Positions 13,896 through 28,556 of a stretch of DNA of 64,000 nucleotides are shown one piece after another. Under the pieces are notes generated by a model. That model was not told where the DNA came from and made no database searches. It worked only from the letters and a program-made list of their open reading frames with translations. Made by a program: the position numbers and the translations under genes. The stretch comes from the human T2T-CHM13v2.0 reference genome, Homo sapiens: NCBI RefSeq assembly GCF_009914755.1, contig NC_060934.1; one strand, written 5' to 3'. The number at the start of each line of letters is the position of its first letter. Positions within the stretch are counted from its first letter, which is position 1.

Positions 13896-16252
13896 AAACA
13901 TAACTCCTACTATCCAATAAGGCTGTAGATTTTCCATACTGTCAAGAAAACCTCTGTCGTTATAGCTGAATACAAATACGATTACTCTTTTGGTTGACTT
14001 ATTGGGCAAATCAGAGTGCGTGGTTGAACCTGTGGTTTACCACATAGTCAAACGTGAAATCAGCTTAGAGCATTGACTGGGCCTCGCCCTGGCCAATTTG
14101 ATCCCATTGTATATGCATGCTTAAGCTGAGAAGAGTCCAGGAAATGAAGATCATGTGTGTTTGCGCAAATATTCTGTGAAACCCTGGGCAACAACAGAGG
14201 GTCACATCCGTCCTGTGAGAAACAGCAAAGTCATATATGCCCAGTGCCAGGCATGCTTTTGGGAGGCTTCGTTTAATCAGTCCAAAAAACTTAGTTCAGA
14301 AAGCAAATACAATGAGTTATTTGGAACTGCGATAGGGCCTAGGAAATTGCTGGTCTGTAATCACGAGCCAAGAAGCATTTGCATCATGTGCCTGTAATGT
14401 ATGATCTATGCTGAATGTTCTGCCAACATTTTCAGGGCGATAAGTCATTTTACAACCCTGAATGTGACTCAGAACGTTGGAAAGCACTGGTGTTTTGTTT
14501 TGTTCTGTGTTCCTCCCCATTCCTTTCTGTCCCAACCCTTCGGTCTCCATTAATCCAAGTAAATATGGCCTTGGTTTTCAGAGGTAAACAAAGGGGTAGA
14601 AGGATTCAGTGACTGCCTCCTGTAAGTCCTAACTGCAAGTTAGAAACACATTTAATGGAATATGTGCAGCATGAAGATATCTGTGTTTTACTCAAAAAAA
14701 CGTGATTGAGGAGACTTGGCCAATTTCAGTCTTCCAGGAGACCTTAGAAGGATTTAGGCTGTAATGGAAAATTCACTGGACAGAGAATAAGAGACCTAAA
14801 TCTTAATCGCAGTCCTGAAACTAAAGACAATTACATAAATTCCTTGAGAATTAACTTAAATTTAATTAATTAAATTAAAGTGGTGGGGCTGACTCATGGT
14901 TAGTCGAGGACTAGCTTTAAATTGAATATGGCTTACTAGTGATAAACTGAGGAGAGGCAGGCACCACTGCCACTCTCAAGGCCCTTAGCACATATTTTCA
15001 CAAGTTACCAGTAGCTGTTATGGTCACAAAACTAGAAAATTAACTAGCATTGTATGGGATTCAAATCAGCAAACTTGGTTCTTTGTAACATGTTCTAACC
15101 AACTGAGATTTTTGCGAAACATATTATATTGGTCCCTTTATGAGTTGTACCTTAAAGTTCTCTGGAGTCACTAGAGTAAAATTAGAATATTAAAATAATA
15201 ATTGTATAAAATTGGATGGGCCAACTACAAAAAAAAGCAATTTCTTAAAGGGTCTGGGAAAGTCTCCTTTCTCATTTATCTTGAAAAGTATGGTTTTCTA
15301 GAAAGATGTAACGACTCAAAGATGGCAGATTAGGACTTAGACTAGATATGTTAAGAACTAACTGTGTACCCTGTGTACCCTGGGGTAAGGTTACCCTCAC
15401 CTCATTCTGAAGTTCTTTCTAGAACTTAACAATTCTATGGCTATTTTAATTAAAGAAAAAAACAAAGAAAAATATTGCTGAGACCTTTAAACATCATCGT
15501 GGTGTTATGTGCTCTCCATAAATATTCAAAAGCTATTTAATGCTAATAGCTGATCCTTGACCAAGAGCAATTTTGTTTCCTTACTCAGTTTATAACCTCA
15601 GTAATACTCCTAACACTGAAATATTCAACGAAGATTCCACATCAACCAACCACTTGAAATGAATAATGTAACTGCTCTTTGGTGCACCTCATCATGTGGT
15701 TTTTGTTCAGGAATTTCATTTTTCACAGTGTTACATTTTATTTATGTAAAGAAAATGTTAAAAAAAAATAGGAAACAGCAGCAAAATGAGCTACCTGACA
15801 GCCTAACAAAACGCCTGCCATAGGAATTGTGACTCCCATTTGTAACTTGTAGGTTCAAACTACCAGTAGTTGAAATTACAGGTTTATTCTTTGATAGATC
15901 TCAAAGCCAAGTGTGTATAGAAACCCATTCTAAAAAAGCAGCAGGTGTTTTTCATTCATCCTGATTTCCCCCAAAACACAATGGTATCAAAAGAAAAATA
16001 CTGTAAGAAAGGGATGGGAGGGGATTAGTTACTTTTTCTCTGTGAATTTTAGAACAAGGTCATTAGGTAAATATTCTTCTTCAAATGCAAGACTTCAGGA
16101 GAGAAATAGAAAATGTAAAATCCTTCAAAACTAGTGAGTGAATCATTTTCAATTAGATTCAGCGTTTGCCCAAGATCACTAAAAATGAGAATCCAGGCAT
16201 TAAAGCAATACATGACTCTGTTTTGGGGGGATGTCTCCAAACAAAACTTCTA

Positions 16253-16643
<391 letters not shown>

Positions 16644-17589
16644 TTACAACCTTGGTTATATCATCCTGGAAAGCAATGGAATTACCCAGAAGATACTTGG
16701 TTTGGGGTTTCCAGCTTCAAGGAGCTGCTTGAATGAGAAGAGAGAAAGCGTTTTTGAACACCAGAAGTGTTTACCTGAAGACAACCAGATTAATACTGGC
16801 CTGGGGACTCAAAATCATTCATCCTTAGGACTGTCCATTCCTTTAGGCAAAATAACATCCTGGACTTAGTGCATCCCACAGGATCCTTAATTAGCTCCAA
16901 AGTCAAGATTAGATGCTGCAGATGTCTCTGTTGTTTCCTCTTAGAACTTGTGGACTTGGATAGCTCTGGGAGCCAGATTATTTTATCATCTTTAATGGCT
17001 GTTCTTTAAGGAAAGATTTAAAACTCAATCCAGGTTGAATTAGAGGCGAGGGACAAAGATATGGATGAAATGAAAGCAAATGAGGCCTGACCTCACAGAC
17101 AGCATTCCACTTGTGTCCTATAATCTATACATTTCCAGCTCTCCCAGGCTCTCCCCAGCCCAGCCACTGAGACCAAATAGATGATGCTATTCAGGAGTCT
17201 AAGGAAAGCTTCTACTCCGCCACATATCTTTCTGTATTATCTGGAATTCCTCCGTCGAGAGTAGTGATTCTTAATTAGAACCACATATCTTAACTAGAAC
17301 TACCTAGAACTAAAAGTACTTGTAAAAATATGGCATAGGGACCCCGTGAATCAGCAGGCTTAGTATTGGAAATTATAAACGCTCCAGAAATGGGGGCAGG
17401 GCATGTGACTGTGATTTGTGGCCAGGATTGAGAACACTGGCCTCCGTGAGCCAGGATGAAAAGCAGCCTCCTTGCAAACGTAATCTTCTCTGGGAGAACC
17501 ATTGCTCTTTCCTGCCTTGATTGTCATGTCAATCACATTATTTTATCATTTTAGTGTAGGCAGTCTTAGTGTTCGTCTAGTGTACTGTG

Positions 17590-17715
17590 TCATGCCTATA
17601 TTCCAGGTGAGAGAACTAAGTTCAGAGAGAAAAATTATATGTTAGCCAAGGCCACATGTGTTTGCTGGCCAAGGCTAAAGGTACAATCCAGTCATTTTAT
17701 TTCTGACTCAATAAA
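17590..17715 (-). mobile_element. MIR fragment
   Basis: 'caggtgagagaactaagttcagagaga...agccaaggccaca' degenerate antisense core. Confidence 0.5.
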
Positions 17716-20700
17716 CATTCTGCTTTGCTGCCACCAGCACTACCATCATCAATTTGCTTATTTGGCATCTGATAGCATGTACATTATGAAATAGCATCCC
17801 ATCCAATAAGTCATAGTGAGGCCGGAATAAGAGAATTGTGTGCAACATAGAAAATGGTTAATAAATGTTTCTTTCGTCAAGATTTCCCGAATACCACCGC
17901 GCGTGCACACACACACATCTCCTTAGGAGCTGCACAGCAAAAGGTTTTGAACAGCTGATGAGAATGTCATGGATGGAAGCAAATGTGAAGGATAAGAGGG
18001 AGGGGAGGTGCTGAGAATAAGAAGTGCAGGGGTGGAAAAGTCAAGGCAAACTTTGCTGGGGCCAACTCTGTTCCTCCTAATAGAATCAATAGATTCTTCT
18101 TACAGAGGAACAGATAATTGGCTTCCTAAGTCTCTTTAAGGAACAGATGGGATGTAGGAGTTGAGAACTCTATTTGGGGATTGCTGTAATCACATTAGAT
18201 GCTATGGTTTTAGCCAACTCACCCAACTGGCTTGTGACTCAGTTCTCTCCATCTGCTAACGTGCTAAAACAATGGGCTGTGCCATCGTCTGCATCTACTT
18301 GCCTCACAGATATGCTTGGAAGAGCAATATACAAACCCTCAAAGATGTTTTGCGTTGATTCAGAACTGCTCAAGGTACAAGAAATTCACTAATCACTGTG
18401 GTTAAGGAGAAATTAATTTTAACTTTCGTATTCAATGAATTTCTGAGGCCCATTCTAAATGTAAACATTATTTTCAAAAGGAAAATTGATCTGGAACCTA
18501 TTTATGTGGATCAATATATTTTGCTATGCACCATATATCAATTAAGATAATTAGTTCAGGCTGCAATACCCTTTGATATTTTGATCAAAAGTAACAGACA
18601 GTAACACATTGAGCCTTGCTTTTCTTCAGTCAGTTAAATAAGATCTATCAAAATGAATATGCTACCAGCTTGATTGAATGTGCTACAACCTCCAGCATTA
18701 CTAATTAGAGCTGTATCCTTAAGATATTCATGGTATGAAGAATTAAAATCTTCTTCCTACACAGAGTGCCATCTTCACACGCTCTCTCCCTCACTACTTC
18801 CTTAAAATGATGCCAACTCAAAAAACAAAATTTTTCATTCTGAATTTTAGAACATGTGTGAATATCATTTTATTCCATGAGTTGCTTTAGAAAGTTTATG
18901 TAAGTTATAATTTGAGGTTGGTATTTTTTTAGAAGTGACATGTTTGATGGTTCATTTAAAATGATTATTGCTCCAAGTTGTTTTTGCTAATGTGAGAGAA
19001 CTTTAAAATCTTACATTTATCTTTAGACAGACTTAGAAACTCTTTGAGATTGGAAGTCAGAAGTTTAAAGAAAGCGGGTTTTCTTTAATTCAACTGCAGT
19101 TAACTCACAGGAAACTGTCCTTCCATGCTAATAAATGCTTTTGTCTCTATGATGCCCAAAAAGTCAACAATGGATTCAGCACAGTCAATAAAAATAGTCA
19201 AACTTGTTATTGACTAGGTATAAAGCAAACAACTTAATTGGCTCATTGTCTCATTTTTAGACCAGTTATAGTGATTAGGGGGAGAAAATGACAGAATTCT
19301 GAGTGGAGAAAAGAAAGATAAATCTGATGACAGTCAAAATGCATACTTTGCAAATCATTATTGTCCAAATAAAGAAAGATGGAAGTAAAATGACCCCATG
19401 TGGCCTGAGGATTACACTACTTTCTGTCTTTTAGGATTGGAAAATGGGGATGAGGCTAATGAGTTTGGACGAGGTGCTCTGTATGTTTTACTATGACCCA
19501 ACTATGATGTGAGTTGGAAAGGACAGATTGGAGAGCAACCCTGTAGTGGGCCATGTCACATGTATTCCTCTGTATCCCCTGAGTTATTGTGTGGGTGGGA
19601 AAGAACTGTGGCCTCATGCAGATGCGGCCAGAACCAAGCTGGCAACTGACTATATGGAGTGACTTGGAGAGGAGTTCTGTAGCAGGTAAGCTCCTCTAAG
19701 AGCCAACCTATCATGGGTCATAAAGAGCCATTGAGAACCAACACAGCAAGCACTGGGCTTACCCTAACTTCCTTCCCTATCTTACTTTACGAAAATTTTG
19801 TATACCTCTTCATCCTTATATTTGACTTTTTCATTTTTAAGCTGCAAACCTGCCACCCCAGATAAATTTACCTTGGCAAAGCACTTGAAAATGTGGCCTC
19901 CTTTTTGCATTAGTAATGCCTTTTAGAACCCGTAAGTCACCAACATGGGAAATGACTACACAGTCGTAATATGCCATATTTGTAACAAAACGTAACTGAG
20001 ATCATTTCAAATTACTGCTAACAACCCTACAAATCCAACATGATTGAAAACACCCTTCCCCAAAAAGTCAATGTCATCTCTGTCCTTGTCTAACTTGATT
20101 TCCTGGTTTAGCTAGAGATTAATGACAGGGAGGCAGAGACATATGAGGCCTGTTAATTATGTACATACACTCAAATACTCACACACACCTCTCTCTATAT
20201 GGATAGGCAGACAGATAGATACAGGTATAGATATTGATGTATAAAATCTCCTTTTATCTTTTTATTTTACAATGTGCTCAGGTAAGCTATTTGTCAAAAC
20301 GCAAAAGAGGCAAGAACTTAGCAGGGTCCTTTATTACTAGGGAGAGGGAGGAGGCAGTGATTCATATTGATCCATACCATTGTCTAAACATTTAACAAGA
20401 CTCCAAGGAGATCCATGATTTCAGCCTAATATGTAGTTAAATTTAGGAGAAAGAGGATCACCCTCTCTACTGGTTATGGTATTATGTGGCTCACACAATC
20501 ATTTGGCAAAAGGAAAATTTCCCTTCAAGTCTACTTATTGAAGTATTTGGTAGACCTACCCATAGAAGTATGACAGTGGCTTTTATCCCCACAATGGTCA
20601 GTATTATTTCCACTGGGTGGGGGAACTATGAAAAAAATCTCATTGAGGAAAAAAAGAAAAGCCAGTTTGCTTTATGGGAAAACCAGATCCAGTCGTACAT

Positions 20701-23658
20701 TCCATCTTTTGGTTTTGGTCAATTTCCCCAGGCACCGGTGAAATTATAAGCTTCACTATAGATTGTGTGAAAAGGAAGAGGCATGAAGTATAAAAATGGA
20801 AAAACCACACACACAAATAAATCTCAGATCTGTTACTCATTAACTGTGAGCTTAAGCATCCCGTCACCAAATAATTGTTAAGAATTTTGTGTGTCAAGAA
20901 TTCTGCTAGATACAGAAACATACAGGCCAGAGGGAGAAAATGAACCATTCTGATTAGCAGAGACACATTCTGTATGGAGGGAATAATATGTGCAAAGATA
21001 TAGATGTTCTGCAGCAGAAGATGCTACAGGGAGGTAGAAGGAAGTTGAGTCATGACAGTAAGCCTCTCAATTTCTCCAGGTCTCCATCACATCTTCAAAG
21101 TAATGGGTTTGTATTGGATGCCTTTCTTTCTGCTAATCCTGTGATACCCTTTGCTGTATTCCTTCGGGAGCTCCTGTGCTCCCATTTGGAGCCACCACAT
21201 CTGACCAGTTTGCATGTCCCTTCAGAGCCAGATTCTTGTATCAGGCCCATGTAATTTAAGATGACTGGTCACTTCATCCTGATGAGAAGCCTAGTTTTCT
21301 CCAAATTAAAGCATTCCATATAGTAAGAAAGATCTTACTTGGTGTCTGAATTGTAAGAATAGAGTCTTAGCTGGACATTTCAACCCACGGTTAGATGAGT
21401 GCAATTGTTTTATTCATCCAGTTAGCATGAAGTGCCAGATTTTAAAATGAGAAAATAAAACTAGCATCAGAGGAAGTCAAGCAGCCTAAAGAAACGCTCA
21501 ACAGACACCCATTCAAGGTGTGAGCATTGGAAATCAAACTTTAATGGCTTCGAAACTCTTAGCTCAGTAACTTTTAAAAGTAGAGGGTTTTTTTTCCTAG
21601 TATTTTCTTTGCCACAAATCATGAAATAAATGTCAAGTGGAATTACAAAGGGAGTTTTTTCTCTTCGTCCTCAAAGTAAGTGTAAGCCATGTGGGGGATC
21701 GGAATATTATTGTTGCTTGACAACATTATGCCCAGAAAATACCAAAAAGCAGAGAGAGTTTAAAATGGGTATTTACATATAATATCCATGCATGTTTACA
21801 TTTAATATCATACTGGATTTAATTTTATTACTTTCCGGAAGGCAATTGGGAGAAAAATAAACACAGTGGAATGTTATCTCATTGGCATGCGGAATCAATG
21901 TGGTGATCGTATGGCTGATATAAACTCATAAGAAAATGCTTCTGACATTTCATCGGGGCTTCTTAATTTAGTATTTACAATGTCTGTGTGAAATGATATA
22001 GTAGTTTTATTGTTTAATTACAGAGATGGCAGAATGTAACAGATTCCTGACTTTTCCCCCTTCGTTACAATTAACTTCCTCTCAAATTGTTGAATGCAAA
22101 CATGTATCAGTTGGTCCCCTGTTAGGGCTGCCATGGCTTGTATTTGAAATAACTTCTAATCCTTCCTGAAAATGCTTTAAAAGAAAAAGCTTTTCCTCTC
22201 CAATATGTGGACTTTTATTATGAGCAATAATGTAACACAGGGGTATGATTATGGCGAGATAATCACAGTGCAAAATAGAAACGATTCTTTGGAGTACCAT
22301 AACCTCCCCAAAATTATTATTCATCTTACTGATGTCCCTTGGATTTATTGCTCCTTCCTGGAAGGTGATAAGCATTTTGGAAACAAGGGCTGGATTTTTT
22401 TTATTGCCCTCAATGTCTATAATTTTTAAATGGCATTATTTGGACTAGCAAGTGTAGAATAAAGAGGTTGAGTCAGAATGAGGAAATAAACAAATGCTTT
22501 GGCCCTCTCCCCAGCTAGTGGAGAATTCATGAGAGTGGGCAGTAACCCAAGTAATGTTTGTGCAAAGGAGACTGGGCTTGTGTTTCTCGAATAATTTGGA
22601 TTCTAGGATCTAGATTAGCCAATCTAGAAGGTTGATTAGGTTGACCAGATGTCTCCTTCCTCCCCCATTTTCCCTTTGGTAATTTTAGCCATTTTTATTA
22701 CGCTCTTACATTGAACACCAATTAGATGACTGCTAGCATTCCCGCTCTACCAGAGTGGTAGAAGACTGTCTCCTTCTCTCCACTCCTACCTCATTTTCCT
22801 CCAAATAAGCAATTCTCCCAATCCCTATAAGGCCGCCTCTCACCCAGCAGCCACATCCGGAAGGCAGTTCTCCATAGGAGTTGTTTTTCTGACTTTAAAG
22901 GAAGATTTATCTTACGGCAAATGGCTCCATTTAAACAAAACAAAACTAAACTAAAGTTGTAAAATTCCACTGTCTTCAGACCTGATCGTGAGTGATTCAC
23001 ATTCCCTACCACTCCACAGAGGCTGCCACCAGGAACTCGGCAAGAGAGAATTGATGGAGTTGCTTATTCGCAAATAAAAATGAACAAGGTGCTAGGCCTG
23101 TTGACAGGGAGAGAGATGGGCCCAGCCTTATCTTCATGTCACTGTCCTTGCCAGTTGTTATCACACTATTAAGATAAAGCAGGTTATCCAGGTTTACAAG
23201 CCACCGATTGGAGGTTGGATAGTGAATTCAGGACTTTTTTCTCTGCAATTACTGTCCAGAGCCCAGGCGAAGGTGAGATGGTAAATGAAGAATCTGTTCT
23301 TCAGGAAACAGACACAGGAAAGAGCAAAGCACGTAGGTCCCAAGACACAACTTGTCTACACATAACTCTTTTTCGGTGGTGGGAAGCAATCAGGTCATGG
23401 GAATCGACGAAGAGGCAAGCTCTGAAGAGCATGATGGTATCCATGGGCTTAGTTTAGTAAAGGTACAGTTTGGTCGGTCTGGCTCCCATCTTCCAGTTCC
23501 TGGGAGCCGTCTTCCCATCAACCAAGGAGGCCTGTTAAATTCTAGTCCCTGATACATAACTGAGCAACCTACTCACTGTTGTCTAATTTATAAAGCCATG
23601 AAGTAAGGCACAAATACTGTATCAAACTAGGGGGGAAGTAAGACATGTATGAAAGTCC

Positions 23659-24695
23659 CGTTCATCTTCATTGTTTGTGGGTCCCGTATTTGCCAATTCA
23701 CCTACTGTTTAAAATTTGTCACTGCAAAATCAATACTTGCAGCCCATTGTGATCATTTACAGACATGCACAAAGCAGCAAAAAATTTGGGTTGTCAGATG
23801 GATGCATCCCCGCTGAGGTCCAGGAGGCCACACTCTGCCTTCCTGTTCCAGCTGTCAGGCTGTGAGCAAGTATCCTCTTCGCAGATTATTTAGTGCCATG
23901 TTTTCCACATTTCTGCGCTTTGTGGTAGTGATGTTGCTGTTTAAAATGGTCCCTAAGTGTCATGTTGATATGGTTTGAATTTGTGTCCCTGCCCAAATCT
24001 CATGTCACATTGTAATTCCCAGTGTTGGAGGAGGGACCTGGTGAGAGGTGATTGGACCACGGGGGCAGATTTCCCCTTTGCTGTTCTCATGATAGTGAAC
24101 GAATTCTCACAAGATCTGGTTGTTTAAAAGTGTGACACCTCCCCACTCTCTCTTCCTCCTGCTCCCACCATGTAAGATGTGCTTGCTTCCCCTTCACCTT
24201 CCACCATGATTGTAAGTTTCCTGAGGCCTCCCCAGAAGCCTGTACAGCCAGGCAGAACCATAAGCCCAATTAAACCTCTTTTCTTTAAAAATTACCCAGT
24301 CCGAAGTATGTATTTATAGCAGTGCAAGAATGAACTAATATAACTGGTGAAGGAAGTCTAATGTTCCTAAGAACAAGAAAGCTATGATATACATTATCAA
24401 GAAAGCCTGTGTATTATATAAACCTCTTGCAAGCATGTGTTAGGATGCTCTTGGCTGGAGTTCAGTGTTAATAAATCAACATTATATGTTTAATGAAGTG
24501 TATCTAAACAGAAACATAAGATAAGGTGATTGGCATATAAGGTGACTGATGTATTGGCTGGTTGATGTGTGACCAGAGGCTGACAGGAACCTAAGCCTGT
24601 ATTTCTCCTAGGAGCAGTGGTTCAGTGTTCCCTAGTTCAGTGTTTGTAGTGACTTTTACAGATTACAGCTACCACAAATAACAATGATTGACTAT
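23659..24695 (+). mobile_element. MER82 (TcMar-Tigger DNA transposon fossil), interrupted by an MST LTR
   Basis: Matches recalled MER82 consensus ('cgtatttgccaattcacctact', 'tatttagtgccatgtttt', 'gtgaccagaggctgacaggaacctaag', terminal 'gattgactata'). Confidence 0.8.
23966..24341 (+). mobile_element. MSTA-like (ERVL-MaLR) solo LTR
   Basis: 'tgatatggtttgaatttgtgtccctgcccaaatctcatg...aattaaacctcttttcttt...gaactaatata'. Confidence 0.88.
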
Positions 24696-24739
24696 ATTTT
24701 GGAAAATGAAAGCACTAGTACTCTCAAAGGTTTTGTTTG

Positions 24740-24742
<3 letters not shown>

Positions 24743-24778
<36 letters not shown>
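24743..24778. repeat. (TG)n microsatellite
   Basis: seen directly. Confidence 0.97.
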
Positions 24779-24779
<1 letters not shown>

Positions 24780-24966
24780 TTATCTAAAATTTTAGAAAGC
24801 AAATTCAGAACCTATTGGTTGGAGGAAGTGGCCTCCTGTTATAGAAAGAATTCTCTCAATTTCCCTGGGCATTGCTTTGTATAGAGAATCAAGGGGTTAT
24901 ATGAAGGTTGTGTCCAGGTTTCAGGTTCTGTATAAAATGCCTAACAAATAATCGTTGGATGTATAA

Positions 24967-25495
<529 letters not shown>

Positions 25496-25689
25496 ATCCC
25501 CAAATTCTCTTTCTAAATTGAAAAAATTCCTGGATCAGCTAATAACAATTTTACATACAGCAAATAGTTTCTCAGATCCCTGCTAGATACATCTCAAGGA
25601 ATGAGAGTTGTAACAGAATGGAATGACAACTTTGGGAATATGAGTTTGCAAAATAGGGTCAAGGGAAAGTCAGGCTTGTGTGGAATGCC

Positions 25690-25880
25690 AAAATAATAGT
25701 TAACATGTATTGATCCCTCACCATGGGCTAGACACCCTTCTTGGGGTGAGTCATATAATATTCACAATACCACATTGTGAACCCCATTTTAAAGTGAAGC
25801 CAGCTGGGCACAAGAGGTTAGGTAACTTGAAAGGCTACATGGTTATTAAATGCTAACCTAAGGTTCACAGCTCAGGTTCA
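25690..25880 (-). mobile_element. MIR SINE
   Basis: 'accccattttaaagtgaag...gaggttaggtaacttg' degenerate core. Confidence 0.55.
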
Positions 25881-26389
25881 GCAAAGGAATGACAGTATCA
25901 AATTTAGACTTTGAAAGGATCCTTCAAGCTGGATTCTAGATACTGGATTGGAAAGAGGCAGGCTTAGAGAGGGTGCCTAGCACATTGTGAGGGATCAATA
26001 CATCATCACTCCCCTGCTTAACCTGGGCTCTTAACCCAGACCATCTGGCTGCAGATTCCTGGCTTGAACCCTTGGATACAGCAGCCCCCTGACTTTCCTC
26101 CTGGGGAGAATGAACAAGGCAGAGACTCTAAAGGGCCTTAGGCTTTGTAAAGGGGGGGAAATAGGTCCAAAAGGGAGAGAAGAAAGTACAGGAAAGGGAA
26201 GCCAGAGACAACCAAAGCACAAAGCTTTACTGGAAGTAAGTAACCATGCACCAGAGTATGGAGGGATTGCCAGAAAGGATGCACATCTAATTTACATTAA
26301 CATTCCAATTCAATAACACCCTATTTATTTTCCTAATTGGTACAACATTTTTATGCTGGAACCAGAAAGCACAAGGCTCTAAAAATCCC

Positions 26390-27114
26390 CCGGCCGTAAC
26401 TCTTGACTTCTTCCCTTCCCTCATTCCTTCCCTAAATCAAAGCAATCTTGAACTCTTATCAGCTTAATACTTCTTGACTCTGAGCAGCTCTCTCCACCCC
26501 CAGGGCTGTGACCTTCACTTAGCTACCCTCCATCATCTCTTGCCTGGATTGCCGACACAGACAGCTCTTGGTTTCTAAGCCTGCCTCTTTCCAATCCAGT
26601 ATCTGGAACCAAGCCTGAAGGATCTTTTCAAAGTCTGAATTTGAGACCGTCACTCCCCTGCTTAAAATCAATTTTTGGCTCCCTGACCTCTTAGGAATGA
26701 GCCCATTTCAAGGTGCACAGGGACCAGGCTGCTTCTTCCCATCCAGCCTCTTCCCTACTCTCCCTCTTCATCTTAATCCTCCATGCCTCTCCTTGAAAGA
26801 GCCCTGATCATTTATACCTCAGGGCCTTTGCACTTGCCAGATCCTCAGACTTCTGGCTTCAGTATGAAATTTTTCTGATGAAATCTCACTTTTCTTTAGA
26901 GCATCAAAGTCATGTCATCCAGGAGGCCAACTCCAGCCCATATAATTGAGTTCAATGATCATACTGCAACTCAAAGCACCCCGACCATTCCTCATGGCAA
27001 CGCTTATGGTGGGGCACTGAAATGGCCTCTCATTCGTCTCTTGTTCTCATGAGACTTTAAGTTCCCTGAGGACAGGAACTGCGCCTTGTCTGTCATAGGA
27101 TGACCAAGTCCTAC
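26390..27114 (+). mobile_element. L2 relic (resumes about 27756-27800 after the LTR)
   Basis: 'ccatcatctcttgcctggatt', 'gtcactcccctgcttaaaa', 'cctcagggcctttgcacttgc', 'agttccctgaggacagg' L2 3' hallmarks. Confidence 0.7.
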
Positions 27115-27755
27115 TGAAGCAGCATCGTTGTCTGGAGTAACTACCTGAAGGTCGTTGCCTCACGCCAAGGAAATCAAAGACACAGACACACGCAAGGAGT
27201 GAGTTTAAAAGTAGAGGTTTGATAGGCAAGAGAAAGAGAAAAGCTCTCTCTCTTGCAGAGAGAGAGGGGGTTCCAAATAAGTCTTCTGGTTCCATGGTGA
27301 AATACATGGGGTTCTGTAGCTGAGCTTGAGGAGATAGCGTCTGATTTACACAGGGCATGAGAGATTAGTTGAACCAGGTGTGCTGTTTGCATAGCATGTG
27401 AAGAAGCTGGCCATTTCACCCTAAACTTTTATTATGCAGTTAGGGTCTCTACCTGGCTGGCGCCATGTTGCCTGCCTTTTTACTGCACACGTGGCAACAA
27501 AGAAGGAGGAAGGGGGAACTTCCATGTTGAACATGCCTGGCCGCCAGATAGCCTTTTCCTATTGGCACAGCTGCTAGCATTTACCTATGCAAGCTTCAAG
27601 CTTGCTTATTTATGTCTGCAGCTTGATTTTTCAAGCTGTTCTTTGTTAGAAAAAGAAATGATTTGTGGGCTGCTTTTTATTAAAAGGGAAATCTTATCAA
27701 GGACTCTCTTACCCTCACTAACTGCCTAGATAATTTCTTTTTAGCTCCTGTGTCA
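27115..27755 (-). mobile_element. ERV1 solo LTR, MER50/MER51 family
   Basis: TG...CA termini, 4-bp TSD ctac/ttac; reverse complement starts 'tgacacaggagctaaaaagaaattatctaggcagttagtgagggtaagagagtcc'. Confidence 0.8.
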
Positions 27756-28379
27756 TTACTACAGGCATGTAGTAGGTAGTAGTAGGTATTTGTTAAAGTG
27801 CTCTCCCAATTAGAGGCTATGGAAAAACCATCTGGACCTTGAGTCTTAGTTTAAATGTGTAGAAATAGAACATAGAAATCTTTACAGAACAGCTCGTACA
27901 TTCATAGTCATTGGGCTGACTTTAGTCCACAGGTTTGTTGTGTTGGCGAACACACCATTGTTTCCAAAGATGGACGTGGAGGTCTTTGGGTAGAGCGCTC
28001 CTCTTCAACCCCCCTCAGGCTTCCATGTTCCCTATGGTCTTACCCACCTGGCCCTTGCCTGCCCTGGAAGGCGTAGCATTTATGACCACTGAGTTACAGG
28101 GCTGTGCGCTGATGGGAATTCAGTGAGGCAGAAAACGTCGTATTATCAACACAGTTGGTGCCAGAATCTTGAAGATAGGAGAAGTTTGTTTGGAAAAACA
28201 TTTTCCTAAGGGTTTGGGGGTAGAAATTGAGACCCCATGGGCTTACATACCATTTGGTGCCAACATTCTGGAGAAAAAGAATTGCTTTACCTAGGAAGAA
28301 GGGGGTTTTGGCTTGTCGGTAATGACAGGGATGGGATACAGGGTTGAAGAGACGAACGGAAGGAGAGAGAAAGAAACCC

Positions 28380-28525
28380 ACTTGCCCTAAGAGGTAAAAT
28401 GGCTTCTACGGCTGAACCTTACATGAAAGCACCCTTTAGCCAAGTATCACGAAAAATAAGGTATATTGCATAAGCTTCTCTAGGAGATGAAAGGAAATGA
28501 ATTCCATATTAGAAAAAAAATGTTT
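28380..28525 (+). repeat. About 146-bp dispersed direct repeat, copy 1
   Basis: About 88% identical to 30242-30387 by manual alignment. Confidence 0.93.
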
Positions 28526-28556
28526 CTAATACTTCCTATCAGATAGTGTTCTCTAA

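Noticed and set aside
15362-15382. 9-bp tandem duplication ctgtgtacc
   Set aside because: Ordinary slippage-scale event.
27520-27540. p53-like site in the MER50/51 LTR (catgttgaacatgcct)
   Set aside because: Only one good half-site; the second CATG core is out of register by one base.
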